Origin: Heteronotia binoei | Lineage: Eukaryota | Reading direction: 5' to 3' | Length of the DNA: 64,000 bases | Assembly (NCBI RefSeq): GCF_032191835.1 | Contig: NC_083229.1 | Coordinates: 30,566,001 to 30,630,000, forward strand | Shown here: one piece after another, positions 10,383 through 22,088 of the stretch | How positions within the stretch are numbered: position 1 is the stretch's first letter | How the letters are laid out: the number at the start of each line of letters is the position of its first letter | Program-made: the position numbers and the translations under genes | Notes under the pieces: generated by a model | Databases searched by the model: none | What the model was told of the DNA's origin: nothing | What the model saw: the letters and a program-made list of their open reading frames with translations, nothing else

Positions 10383-11005
10383 GTTAAGTGGACTGGTGGC
10401 AGTGATACCAAGAGACATGAGGACTCACACTTCAGCCCTTTTGTTTGTCTTGCCCAACCCATAACACTTTAAAAGGTCTTAGCTTTAAGACACCTCTGAG
10501 TATGAAAGTTACATATAGATCCCTGACTCAGAAGAGATTAGTACACCTAAATTTCCATTAGCTGAGAATGACTTGTCCCATTAAATGGGACAAGAGTAAC
10601 TTACTTTGGAATAGGGCCAGTGTGAAAGATGCATGAGCAAGTGCTGTCATGGCACCAACTTTTTAAAAAAAATTCTTGCAGAGAACCAGTGATAGCAAGT
10701 ATACAAAACACTGCTTTTTACAAAAGCAGTCTATGAAAGAACAGGCGGTGCTTCCAAGGAATAACAATTATCCTGTGATGGAAAATAATCAAAGAAAACT
10801 TGGTGGAAGAAAAAAGAGAAGGAAAGGGACCAATTATAGGATGGGGAGTCTGCAGCAGTTGAGCCTATGGCCGCAAAGATAATGTTCATTCCATCTATAT
10901 TGCCTTGATCATCTTCTTTGGACTTCCATTTTAGTTTCCTGTAATTTTTATCTGGTCTGGTCCTACAAACACCATAAACATAGAAGATATTGGAAGAAGA
11001 TATTG

Positions 11006-11222
11006 AACATATGAACATATGAAGCTGCCTTATACTGAATCAGACCTTTGGTCCATCAAAGTCAGTATTGTCTTCTCAGACTGGCAGCGGCTCTCCAGGG
11101 TCTCAAGCTGAGGTTTTTCACACCTATTTGCCTGGACCCTTTTTTTGGAGATGCCAGGAATTGAGCCTGGGACCTTCTGCTTCCCAAGCAGATGCTCTAC
11201 CACTGAGCCACAGTCCCTCCCC
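11006..11222 (-). mobile_element. tRNA-derived SINE with CR1-like tail (Squam2/Anolis-SINE2-like)
   Basis: Minus strand GTGGCTCAGTGGTAGAGC (A box) ... GGCTCAATTCC (B box) ... CAGTATAAGGCAGCTTCATATGTTCATATG; TSD ATATTG at 11000-11005 and 11223-11228. Confidence 0.85.
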
Positions 11223-11228
11223 ATATTG

Positions 11229-11491
11229 GATTTATATCCCACCCTATACTCTGAATCTCAGAGCCTCAGAGCATTCACAGTCTCCTTACCTCTTCCCCCA
11301 CAACAAACACTCTGTGAGGTAGATGTGCCTGAGAGAGCTCATACAGCAGCTGTCCTTTCAAGGACAACTCCTACAAGAGCTATGGCTAACCCAGGGCCAT
11401 TCCAGCAGCTGCAAGTGGAGGAGTGGAGACTCAAACCCGGTTCTCCCAGATAAGAGTCTTTGCACTTAACCACTACACCAAACTGGCTCTC
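11229..11491 (-). mobile_element. CORE/MIR-like tRNA SINE (Squam3-like); its tail continues at about 10982-11005
   Basis: Minus strand AGAGCCAGTTTGGTGTAGTGGTTAAG ... GGTTTGAGTCTCC ... CTACCTCACAGAGTGTTTGTTGTGGGG ... TATAAATCCAATAT. Confidence 0.8.
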
Positions 11492-11815
11492 ACCAAGCTG
11501 TCTTCTTGCAGAGAGTAAGCCTGGTGCTGGACAGCACTAAGCCATGAAAACTAACTTTTATTCTACAATTTATCGATCACAGAGATCTATGATTGAATCT
11601 ATCCACATTTTCACATCACTTTCTTGTTTGTGGATTGGTTCTGCAAGTGTCTTTAGAACAAAGACTATTTGTTTTGTCATAGCTTCAAAAGCTACTTTAA
11701 ATGCACCACTTGATGCAAATCAAAAAGTACACAGGAAAATAACTGGTGTTTAAAGAGCACTTCGTTTTTGGACTTTCTTTTAAAACAGGGGAGGCAGAGA
11801 GCAAAATGAGATGTA

Positions 11816-11951
11816 NNNNNNNNNNNNNNNNNNNNNNNNNNNNNNNNNNNNNNNNNNNNNNNNNNNNNNNNNNNNNNNNNNNNNNNNNNNNNNNNNNNNN
11901 NNNNNNNNNNNNNNNNNNNNNNNNNNNNNNNNNNNNNNNNNNNNNNNNNNN
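11816..11951. other. Assembly gap (136 N)
   Basis: Run of N. Confidence 1.
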
Positions 11952-12727
11952 AAAAAATCTGCTAGAACAGTAAGAGATACACAATTTTAAATGGTCTGTA
12001 ATTTTATGATCATTCCAGTGTCATAATTTCAATGTCCAGCTCCATCTACAAATCACATATCTGTGACCAAATGATAACATATCGGCCCCTCCCAGCCAAG
12101 CTGGCATCGCCGGTGATAGGCTGGGGGCTGTCAGTTGGAAGGAGGGAGGGCTTACCGTTTATCCCGGGCATCTGAGAGCTTGCTCTGGGTGTGGCGTCAG
12201 GGCTGTATAAGCCCCGGCCCCGCCCAGAAACACACAGTTGCTTTTCGGCTCTCTGCCCACCCACCTGCCCTTTGGCAGTACAGGTTGATTACCGGTTGCC
12301 TTATTAGAGGCAAGGTAGGATTTTTTTTCATCTTCACAGAACTGGCCTATGTGGAGTTGTTTTTTGCTTACCTTGTACTGCTTTGTAGTGTTAGAAAGCT
12401 TGGAAGGAGTTTTGTTAGTTCGGTCGCTAGGCAGGATGAGGTATCGGCCACAGTGTTTTCAGGGGAGCACCTATGGCTCTGCACCAGTTGGTGCGGGTGG
12501 TCTGTATGAACTGCAGATGGGCTGTACGGCTCAATGCGGGGAGTGCAGATCACGGAAAGCCTCACCAGGGCGGATGTTTCCATGAGGGATTGATGCTAGC
12601 CCAGGTGGAGGCGGGCTTTGGGCCTGGCTGCTCAGCACCAGCCAGAATACTGGGCTTGTGCTGGGGGTAGGGTGGCTTGCCCTCCCAGGACAAGGCGGGG
12701 TCATGGGGCTGACCCCAGGGCTTGTCC

Positions 12728-12812
12728 TATTAATAATAATAATAATAATAATTTTATTTATATCCCGCCCTCCCCACCTCGGCAGGCTCAGGGCGGCTAA
12801 CAACATTTTATA
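12728..12812 (-). mobile_element. Short L2-type 3' tail with (TAA)n
   Basis: Minus strand GCCGCCCTGAGCC...GGAGGGCGGGATATAAAT(AAT)n; a near-identical copy lies at 24965-25045. Confidence 0.7.
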
Positions 12813-13270
12813 AAAACATACAGTAGTTAAAAGCCTTTAAATTTAACAATATAAAACAGTAAACACTAAATCCAATCCAGTAAACACTAACTTAACATTA
12901 AAACCAATCCATTAGGCCATGCCCCTTGTCGTTCTAGTTTGCTCAAGTTTGTTTCCAATAAAGCGGCCTAGTTTTATCCAACACATTGTGTCAGCCTCTT
13001 CATTCCGACTGGGGGGGGGGGGGGACTGTAGCTGCAATTAATTGCACCTGAAGATTAGAGGGAGTGTTTCAGTGCTCCATAAAAAAATGTTTTCTGGCCA
13101 TTAAATATCTGCAAAATGTACTTGACAGAAATCTTTCCAGCATTAAAAATGTAGCATGCACATATTTTATGACTGTTTGACACCATGCAAAAGGATGGAG
13201 ACAGTGTAAAATGCTATAAACACCAAGCCTGGATCAGTGAGGGGCTGCTGGCTATTTGATACTCTTATTT

Positions 13271-13720
13271 GCCAGTTAGAGATTTCCAAGATGACAGAGC
13301 AAAATGGGAAGATATTGCTTCTTCCCCAAAACAAATACTTAAAGTTTGTTTAAAAACTTGATGAAGAAAAATAGGAGAAGAAGAAAAAGGAACTTTATCT
13401 GTGTCATTTTAAAGAAATGTTTGCAGTAAAGGAAACTGTGGTAAATGTTGCCTTTTTATTTTTTTCCGAGATGCATACAACCTGTTAGGTTATATTCCCC
13501 AAGTACTGCCAGTTTACATCTACATACTCTTATTTATAAATACTCTTAACTGCCAGTTAGAGATTTCCAGGATGACAGAGCAAAATGGGAAGATATTGCT
13601 TCTTCCCCAAAGGAATATTTGCAGTAAAGGAAACTGTGATAAATGTTGCCTTTTTTTTTCCCGCTGCATGCAACTTGTTAGGTTATTTTCCCCAAATACT
13701 GCCAGTTTACATCTACCACT
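13271..13720. repeat. Local tandem duplication, period 281 bp, second copy internally deleted
   Basis: GCCAGTTAGAGATTTCCA(A/G)GATGACAGAGCAAAATGGGAAGATATTGCTTCTTCCCCAAA at 13271 and 13552. Confidence 0.85.
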
Positions 13721-14034
13721 TATTTTGATAGACCTTCTTTTCAGGTTTCATTGAAGTGTGTGTGTGGTGTGTGGGCAGGGGGGAAGGATGGATATTAGTT
13801 CTTGGTGAACAACGCCGATTGCGTATTGTCTTATCATGTATTAATTTGTTAATGTGTTTAAACGTTTATATCCCCCCTTTCCGTATTACCTAGGCCATAT
13901 TACCTAGAATTACTTAGAATTATCTGTTTCCAGACTCTTAATTTCTGCTCTCAAGCCTTGAAATCTTCCTTAAAGAATTTGAAAAGGCATACAGTTAATT
14001 GTAGTAGCATTGTTTTGTTACTGTTATTTCTTAG

Positions 14035-14180
14035 GGATGGGCCTGACCAAAGTTCTCCACAGATTGGACAGTTTAGTGGCAACACTGCATTGGAGTCAGT
14101 CTACAGCACTTCAAACCAAATACTCATCAAGTTCCACAGTGACTTCACAACAAGTGGCTTCTTTGTGCTCAGTTATCATG
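14035..14180 (+). CDS. CSMD3: CSMD3 exon (146 nt), C-terminal half of a CUB domain
   Basis: tcttag|GGATG ... CATG|gttagt; (W)DGPDQSSPQIGQFSGNTALESVYSTSNQILIKFHSDFTTSGFFVLSYH. Confidence 0.95.
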
Positions 14181-15654
14181 GTTAGTATATGCTTGATTGT
14201 CTAACAAGCTACCTTGTTGGAAAATATTTCCCTGCTCAATTCCACATGAGCAAGAGGTTATTTTATTTAACAAAGCCGCACATATATTTATCTATATGTG
14301 CATATTTACATAATAGGAGTGTAATAGTGCCATAGTCTTGTGAAAAAATAATACAATATTGAGAAATGTTTTGGTTTAAAGTAATTGTAGAAATGTATAA
14401 CTACTTACCAGTGACCTGTTACTCCAAAAAGTTACATTGCTTGGTATAAGCGGTGTCTATTTATTCAGTGTGAATCAAACATTTTATCAGACCCATTAAT
14501 GGCTGGGGGGGGACGAAAGAGCTGTTAAAATGATGACTATCAAGATGCAGATTCAGAAGGTATGGTCTCTTATAGAGTAGCATTGTTGTAGGGAGGGGAA
14601 TTTGTTTTTTTTGTTTTTTTCTGAAATACATTCTCTTCCCCCCTGTCCAATTTAGTCATTGATTCCTTCAATCCAACAGGTTATTAGAGGGATGGAAGAT
14701 GGAAAGAGCACTCCTCCACATAAAAAAATACTGGCATTTTTTTAAAAAATGTTACTAGCATCAAACACTGGGCCTAGCTTGATTTCTGTAACTTTTCTTC
14801 TTTAATGTAATATGTATAATGTTTGTGTTCTATAAAATTAAAATAATAATTATAAAAATATTGGTAAGCCTGCACTCCATGCAAGTAGATTTTGGGATAT
14901 GCAAGCAAGTACAAAGGGAGAAAGATTAAGGAGAGTTTACTATAGGTACTACAAACCTGTCACTCTGAAAGGGGCAAACACATACAATTGGACTTCACTC
15001 TGATAGGTTTTTCAGAATAAAAGCTTTTAGTTCTTGGGCTTCGTTTTTGGCTAATCTATCAGCTGCTTCAGAACTCTCTCAAATCACACAAATGTACATG
15101 CTATCTCTGCCCCATGGTGCCAACTCCTGAGTGACCACAGATTCCACCAGCTTTTTCCACATCAGTTCCAGTGCTAATCCCAAATGGTGGGACATGAGCT
15201 GTCTCATATCTCCTGCTCTCTGGGGCCAGTTTTGACAGCACTGGCTTTCCATCCACCACCTCTCCAGTCATGTAACTGCTGTCTGGTTGCTGCTGTTGCC
15301 AGATATATAAAAACAAGAATCATTGACATTTGGGACTTTCTACAAATCCTGTCCTTAAATCCAAATATGTAGTGGTGGCTATGTGGCTGTTGTAATTCTG
15401 TAAAGAAGAAAAGTACTTTTCAAAAGTACCAAGAGTACTATGCTGTTGAGTGGCTCTTCTAATGTTCCAGAACCAGTATTGCCAGCAGAGCCTGCTTTAC
15501 ATTAAGCCCTTGAATCCTTAGCCTTCTCCTTCCTTTCTAGCACAAGAAGTTCTTGAAAGAAAAAGTTTAAATGTTTGGGACAAACATGAGCTTTATCCAG
15601 GCCTTACTAGTTGGGAACTTGAAAAAAGTTACAAGTATAGCCTCTAGATCAGGA

Positions 15655-16040
15655 TGTGGGGTGTGTTTTCCCCCCCCTTGAGAAAACTTTTTGGATTTAG
15701 ACCCGCTGTTTTTTAGGTCCTGCTGTCTACACTTGCATTAACAATGAATATGACAACTGTTACTTTCCATGATCTTCCAATACACTCTGATCTGAAGGAA
15801 GTGTATTTCTCATCTTAATTTGAAAGAGCAGTGCCTCTTGACCTGTTTGTGGGGTGTGTTTTTTCCCCCCTTGAGAAAACTTTTTGGATTTAGACCCGTT
15901 GTTTTTTAGGTCCTGCTGTCTACACTTGCAGTAACAATGAATATGACAACTGTTACTTTCCATGATCTTCCAATACACTCTGATCTGAAGGAAGTGTATT
16001 TCTCATCTTAATTTGGAAGAGCAGTGCCTCTTGACCTGTT
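15655..16040. repeat. Tandem duplication of 193 bp (2 copies, about 4 differences)
   Basis: 15655-15847 vs 15848-16040 compared by eye. Confidence 0.92.
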
Positions 16041-16345
16041 TATTACTTAATGTGATTAGAAGGGTTTGAAGAGGGTTCTTAGATGTGTTTTCTCGAGAAT
16101 CCTTAAATTTCATTGTTTCCCCACCAGTGTCAGATTATCCAAAATACATAATAAATGAGAGATTGCCACTGGCTAATGTACTTGAGCTAGAAGTGAAAAT
16201 TCAGAAAAAAAGTATTTTAAATACTGTAGAGTCCAGGTAGTCTGCTTTGTAGCTTCCAAACCTTTCAAGATAGTGATTTTTTTTCTGTTATCATCCTGCA
16301 AAAAGGAGCAACATATTAATCATAACTCTTTCTGAATTTCCATAG

Positions 16346-16426
16346 CATACCAACTTCGAGTGTGTCAGCCTCCACCTACTATACCAAATGCTGAAATTCT
16401 GACTGAGGATGATGAATTTGAAATAG
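16346..16426 (+). CDS. CSMD3: CSMD3 exon (81 nt), first part of a split Sushi domain; absent from the ORF track
   Basis: ccatag|CATAC ... ATAG|gtaatt; (A)YQLRVCQPPPTIPNAEILTEDDEFEI. Confidence 0.93.
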
Positions 16427-16706
16427 GTAATTTAATTCAATGCATAAATAACACTCGTTTCACCTAAAGAGATGTGCCAAACCTACAGAACTCTTGGTTT
16501 GCTCAGTACCCTAGAATTGTCCTGATGCATCTCTTTATTCTACCTACTGCTCGGCCCATGAGTAAAACAGTTATTGAACTTTTAATGTTATGATATGACT
16601 CCCTTAAAAACAATAAAGTTTTGCCACTGGTATCACTTCCATCATGACTGGCAGAAGAACAGGGTCCTATTAAGTTTTGTTGAACTATTCTGGGTACTTG
16701 GGCACC

Positions 16707-16905
16707 ATAAGAACATAAGAGAGAACATAAGAGAAGACATGTTGGATCAGGCCAATGGCCCATCCAATCCAACACTCTGTGTCACACAGTAACCAAAAAA
16801 ACCCCAGGTACCGTAAGGAGGTCCATCAGTGGGACCAAGACACCAGAAGCCCTCACCCTGTTTCCCCTCCCAGGCACCAAGAATACAGAGCATCACTTGC
16901 CCCAG
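16707..16905 (-). mobile_element. CR1 LINE 3' end
   Basis: Minus strand ...GTGTTGGATTGGATGGGCCATTGGCCTGATCCAACATGTCTTCTCTTATGTTCTCTCTTATGTTCTTATG, a CR1-type tail. Confidence 0.75.
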
Positions 16906-17137
16906 ACTCTACCATGCTCAAGTATATGTAATAAAATGTAATAGTATTTCATTCTTTCAGTAAGGTGCATATTCTGTGTTCTCATAAGAATATGCAAAAA
17001 TGCCATGAACATTTCCAAGATAATGATACCATAGAGTACAGTCTGGGGCGCTCTGTTCTTTCCTCTGCCCTGGATATTTCAGGTTGTGAAATTTTCTTCA
17101 CACTATGACAGTGCCTTTGGGACAACAGGGTTTGGGT

Positions 17138-17300
17138 TAAGGTTTCCAACTCCTGGTTGGAAAATTCCAAGAAATTTGGGGTGGAGCCTGTGGAGGGTTG
17201 AGTTTGGGACAGAAAGTGAGCTCAGCAGGGATGTGAGGCCATAGAGCCCACCACCCTCTGATGTTGCCATTTTCTCCAAGGGGGGAAGACATCTGCATGC
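17138..17300. mobile_element. Fragment of TAGGGTTGCCA-ended hAT-like MITE family
   Basis: Shares GGAAAAT..CTGGAGA/TTTGGGG...GCCATAGAG.CCACC...GCCATTTTCTCCA with copies at 42545, 43981, 52122, 55105. Confidence 0.6.
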
Positions 17301-17567
17301 AGCCAAAGTTTATTTGAAAGTGTTATTACAGTTGATTACCTGGCTGAATGGGCCAGTATGTCTGGTCACCTGGATGATCAGCTGCTGTGGAAATTTTCAA
17401 GATTTCCCCCCCATTTTTTATGTGTAGTTTTGTCCCCAAAACTCAGATGACTATCTAGAATCATGCAGATGCTGATAGTAAAGCAAGATTTCATAGAAAA
17501 AGATAAGTTACATGAGCAATTAAATGTTACAAAAATTTACTCCATGCCACAGCCACTAATATTTAAT

Positions 17568-17698
17568 GGGTTGGATCCAACTAGTTTTTCCACTGGTAAA
17601 AAGGGGAGGCTGCCTGAACAAATGCCACCCAGGAGGAGGGCTGTGTTAAAGAGAGAAATTAGGTGAGATTTAGTGAAAAAGCTGGCTGGATCCAACCC
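17568..17698. mobile_element. PIF/Harbinger-like MITE, 131 bp
   Basis: TIR GGGTTGGATCCA / TGGATCCAACCC flanked by AAT on both sides (3-bp TSD). Confidence 0.7.
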
Positions 17699-18153
17699 AA
17701 TGCTAGGACTTTCTGTAGGACTGAGATCTATGGACGGTAGCATTTATCAAGTTAAACACTAAATAAGATGCATTTCAAGTCACTTTTTAATCCTGTCCTG
17801 TGGTTTTCAAGCTGACAAGACATCTCCAAACCACCAAATTTGGATGTCTGAAAAAGGACAGCAGGAATAAGTGTCTTTGATGCCATCCTTTTAATTACTG
17901 TCATGACTGCTACAAAATACGGAGCTTTAAAACTCAACCAGCCTGCTGTTGTGCTCTGCAGAGTAACAAGCACCGGATGCCTGTGACTCACACTAATAGT
18001 ATAGCTGGCAAGAAATGATAAATGTGGCTGCTTGTTTGCCACAACATTTCCTCTGTCTAATCAAAGCTATTTGCGCCAGTGGTCATTTACACATTATATA
18101 TGGCGGGTGCTTCATTAATCAGTGCTGCTGTCAATGCCAAAAGTCCTCATTAA

Positions 18154-18384
<231 letters not shown>

Positions 18385-18620
18385 TAATGAACTTGTGCAT
18401 TTATATTCTGCTTTTGTACTCATCAGGCCTTCAACGTGGCTAATAATGGTAATATGCAGCATTCCACTTACATGGCACTTATATACTTCCATTAACTTGC
18501 TTGGAGATCAGACCAGGCATAATTTATCCACTTATTTCCACTTGCTTTTTCCTCACTCGAGGCACCCAGCATGAATTAGCCAGAGATGGAGGTTAATAAT
18601 GTCTGTCTATACTCTACTGA

Positions 18621-18965
18621 GCCCAGGCTAACCTTATTTTGTCAAATCTTGGAAGCCGAACAGGGTCAGTCCTGGCTAGTATTTGGGTGGGAGACCTCTA
18701 AGAAATATCAGGGCTGTGAGGTGAAGATAGGCAATGGTAAACCACTTTGGAATGTCTCTGGCCTTGGAAACCCTATGGCAGGGGTGGCCAACGGTAGCTT
18801 TCCAGATGTTTTTTGCCTACAACCCATCAGCCCCAGCCAGCATGGCCAATGGCTGGAGCTGATGGGAGTTGTAGGCAAAAACATCTGGAGAGCTACCGTT
18901 GGCCACCCCCCTGCCCTGTGGGGTTGCCATAAGTCAGCTGTAACTTGATGGGACTTTCCAGCATC
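18621..18965 (+). mobile_element. 5S rRNA-derived SINE with RTE/Bov-B-type tail (5S-Sauria-like), interrupted by a MITE
   Basis: ATCTTGGAAGCCGAACAGGGTCAGTCCTGGCTAGTATTTGGGTGGGAGACC resembles the 5S internal promoter region; followed by GGCAATGGTAAACCAC. Confidence 0.75.
18779..18913. mobile_element. Palindromic hAT MITE, 135 bp
   Basis: CAGGGGTGGCCAACGGTAGCT...AGCTACCGTTGGCCACCCCCCTG; TSD CCCTATGG / CCCTGTGG (7/8). Confidence 0.85.
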
Positions 18966-20254
18966 AGACCTTACTGAGACCAACTATATTTTACACTAAT
19001 TCTGATAAGCATCTTGGGTTATTCTTTACAAAAAAAAATAGTAAGCTATATAAAGAGAGGAGCAGTTCCTTCAATGCAGTCTATTGTATTTCATGGAATT
19101 TGCCATTTAAAATCAGTGGGGGTTATATCATGGTATAAATGAGTAGATTGTAAAATCATAGCACAGAAGTATGTTTATATAATCCCTCTACTTCCTATCC
19201 AGGCAGTTGTTTTTCCCCCCTAAAAACAATTTCAGTAAATTGGCATCTGTAGAAATCAGAAAAGAGAAAAGTGATAGTTTGGAACAGAGGTAAGGTAATT
19301 GCAGATGGATGCATTCCTTCTCAAATGCTAATCTTTCAATATGAGAAAGGTGGTGTGTGTGTGTGTGTTGTTAAATCTAGCAGTTTCACATAAATGCTCA
19401 CTTTTATAATATGAAAAGAAATAAGAATAAATTTGACAGCCACTGAGCACAAGCTTGTGCAAGCTCTATAACAAACTTCTAAGCATTCTTAGTCCTCAGG
19501 GTCTTGAACTGGAGCTGCAGAAATTCAGCAGCCAGTAAGCCGTTGGTTACAGATGTTGACCTTTATACAAATGTAGATGAAATTTTTTTATCATTTAAAT
19601 TCACAAGCAGTTTCTCTTTACATGTACATAAATCCTTAGGGTCAAAGCCTACCATTTTGTTCTGTTGGTTCCTATATGTTCCTCTACCACTAGAAATCAG
19701 CTGATCTAAGATTGTCTTGCATTGATGCAAGTTTGTCTTAAATTCCTAATATTTTAGAATCCCATTGTGCATTGGATCCCAGTATGGAGACAGCAAGGAA
19801 AAAGAAATTTGTCTTATAACCATGAAGTTCCTACTCAATCAGAACTACAAATTTGACAGTGCAATCCTATGCAGATACACTGTAATTTAAGCACACTGGT
19901 TTCAGCAGTCTTAAACTGGAGTAATTCTATGTAGCATTACATTCTAAATATATTCAGCAAGTAATTGCAGAGCTATTTGCAAGGAATATCCAGTCATATT
20001 TACATGCAGGGCCAGATTTTAACAGCCAGTTGGTGGGCTAAATTATATCAGAGCTGATGATCTTGTCTGAGAACAAGTTTACCATTTCAACATATTTATT
20101 TACAAAATTTATACCCTGTCTTTCTGTTCTTACCAGGGCTACCAATGTACCTAATAAATTTAAAATATATATGATAAAAACACATATTAAAACAAAAAAG
20201 TCATTACAACAATAGGGAACACATTACAACACAGGGAAAGAAGAGAGGATCAAA

Positions 20255-20660
20255 GACAAAATAAATGTCTTCACTTGCTGGTGTAAGATGACAACAGAAA
20301 GGAACAAGTGGGACTCTAGATTCTAGAATGTTGGTGCCATTACTGAGGAGGCCCTCTCCCAGGTTGCCACCCACCTAATCTCAGAAGGGGTGGATGGGAA
20401 ATGAAGCAGGGTCTTGGAAGATGGCCACAGTAGTCTGATAGGTTCATAACAGAGTTGGCAGTCTTTCAGGTGAGCTAAACGTTAGCTATATAGGGCTTTA
20501 AAGGTTAACTACCTTGAAATATGCCTGGAAACAGATTGGCAGCCAGTGTAGATGGGCCAAGAATGAAGTAATATCATCCATATGACCCACTCTAGTCAAT
20601 ATCCTGGATGAAGAATTCAGCACCAGTTGAAGTTTCTGAACAGTTTTTAAAGGGAAGACT
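20255..20660 (-). mobile_element. L2 LINE 3' fragment
   Basis: Minus-strand peptide KTVQKLQLVLNSSSRILT...ITSFLAHLHWLPICFQAYFK. Confidence 0.75.
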
Positions 20661-21801
20661 TGTACCCTCTGGAAAAGATTCAGGAGAACAGGGAAAAGAT
20701 TCAGGAGAACAGGTTTCTTGTGTCTGATAGACAGCTTTTTCTCGCAGGAACTTGTTAGTAAAAAAGTTATTACTGGCACTCTTTTGCTTGCAGTAATTTG
20801 AGCACATGAAGAGAAAGCAGTGCACATACACATACACAAATTGGTTAAAAGTAGCTTCTTAGCTTTTAGCTAGCTCATAATATTAAATGTTTAGAAAAAG
20901 TGAAAACTGGCATATATATGGATATAATATGAAAATGAGCTTTTTCAGTGCAGTGGGCTTGCAGAGATGTACTTATAAATAATTGAATTGAGATGCTTAT
21001 AAAACCACACACTTTATAGCTAAAAGATAGATCTGTTCACCCAACATTTACCATGTATCTATTTACCTATGTATTTACAGTGGTTTATTTCCATTTAATA
21101 CCATAGACATGAATAACCTAAAGAGAGAAAAAATATCTTTCAGTCTGTTATTAGTTCATATCTGAATAATGTATCATTCCACAAAGTACATTGTATATTT
21201 AGGTAGAAAACTGTCTCATTCTCTGTTCCCCTTCACACTGTTCAGGTATTTGTAAAGGAGGAATAAAGTTCTGCTGTGCTTCTTTGCAAATATTTTCTGC
21301 TTCTTTTAGAATGTGGAGACCATTGCTTTTAATTACCGTGTGATTTCAGCAGCTGAAAATGAAGTATTGTCTTGAACTCTCAAGTTAGGCTGGTGGAAAG
21401 AACAGCTAAATGAACAATTGGGATTCTGACTTTGTGATAACCAGAAAGTCTGAATGCATCTTTATAGAAATCTATGTGTAGTCTTGACTAGGGATGGGTA
21501 CTATCCAGGGAAATGGAGGCTCGTGAAGGTTAGTGGTTCATGGGGCTCCCAAACCACCATGAGCCTTTCCATTTAGTGAACCAGTTTGAGGTTCATGGTT
21601 TGTGAGGGGCAGCTTGCAGAAGTCATTTAAAGAGTTTCTGTTAAATGGGTTTTGTAACTGACACCACTGCTGCCACGGTGTGAATCAAAAGTGAACTCAG
21701 AAGGCATTTAGATACCTTCTGAGTTCACTTGCAAGTTGCATTGTGGCAGTGGTGCAGTGTGACTCACAAGTGAACTCAGAAAGTTGCACCAGTGACTCAT
21801 T

Positions 21802-22088
21802 GGTCGTTTTCGCACTCACCTTCTGCCGGCGCGACCCCCCTCTTCACCACGCAGGATCTGCGTGGATTTCGCACTAAACGCTGCGGAGCAGCCAGAAAAG
21901 CCGGAAGCTCCCGTCACAAAAGCCGCGCAAACGCCAAACTGCTTTTTGGTGGTTTCAGTTTGAGCGGCTTTTGCGCCGGAAGCTTCCGGTTTTTCTGGTT
22001 GCTCCGCAGCGTTTAGTGCGAAATCCACGCAGATCCTGCGCGGTGAAGAGGGGGGTCGCGCCAGCGGAAGGTGAGTGCGAAAACGACC
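21802..22088. mobile_element. PIF/Harbinger-like foldback MITE, 287 bp, CpG-rich
   Basis: GGTCGTTTTCGCACTCACCTT ... AAGGTGAGTGCGAAAACGACC; about 125-bp near-perfect arms; ATT on both flanks (21799-21801, 22089-22091). Confidence 0.85.

Noticed and set aside
9461-10472. Several 80-220 aa ORFs
   Set aside because: Low-complexity purine/pyrimidine tracts inside a MITE; no domain signal.
11160-11222. tRNA gene
   Set aside because: A and B boxes belong to a SINE head followed by a CR1-like tail and TSD; no complete cloverleaf.
20671-20712. Exact 21-bp tandem duplication GGAAAAGATTCAGGAGAACAG
   Set aside because: Small slippage event next to an L2 truncation junction; no sign of function.
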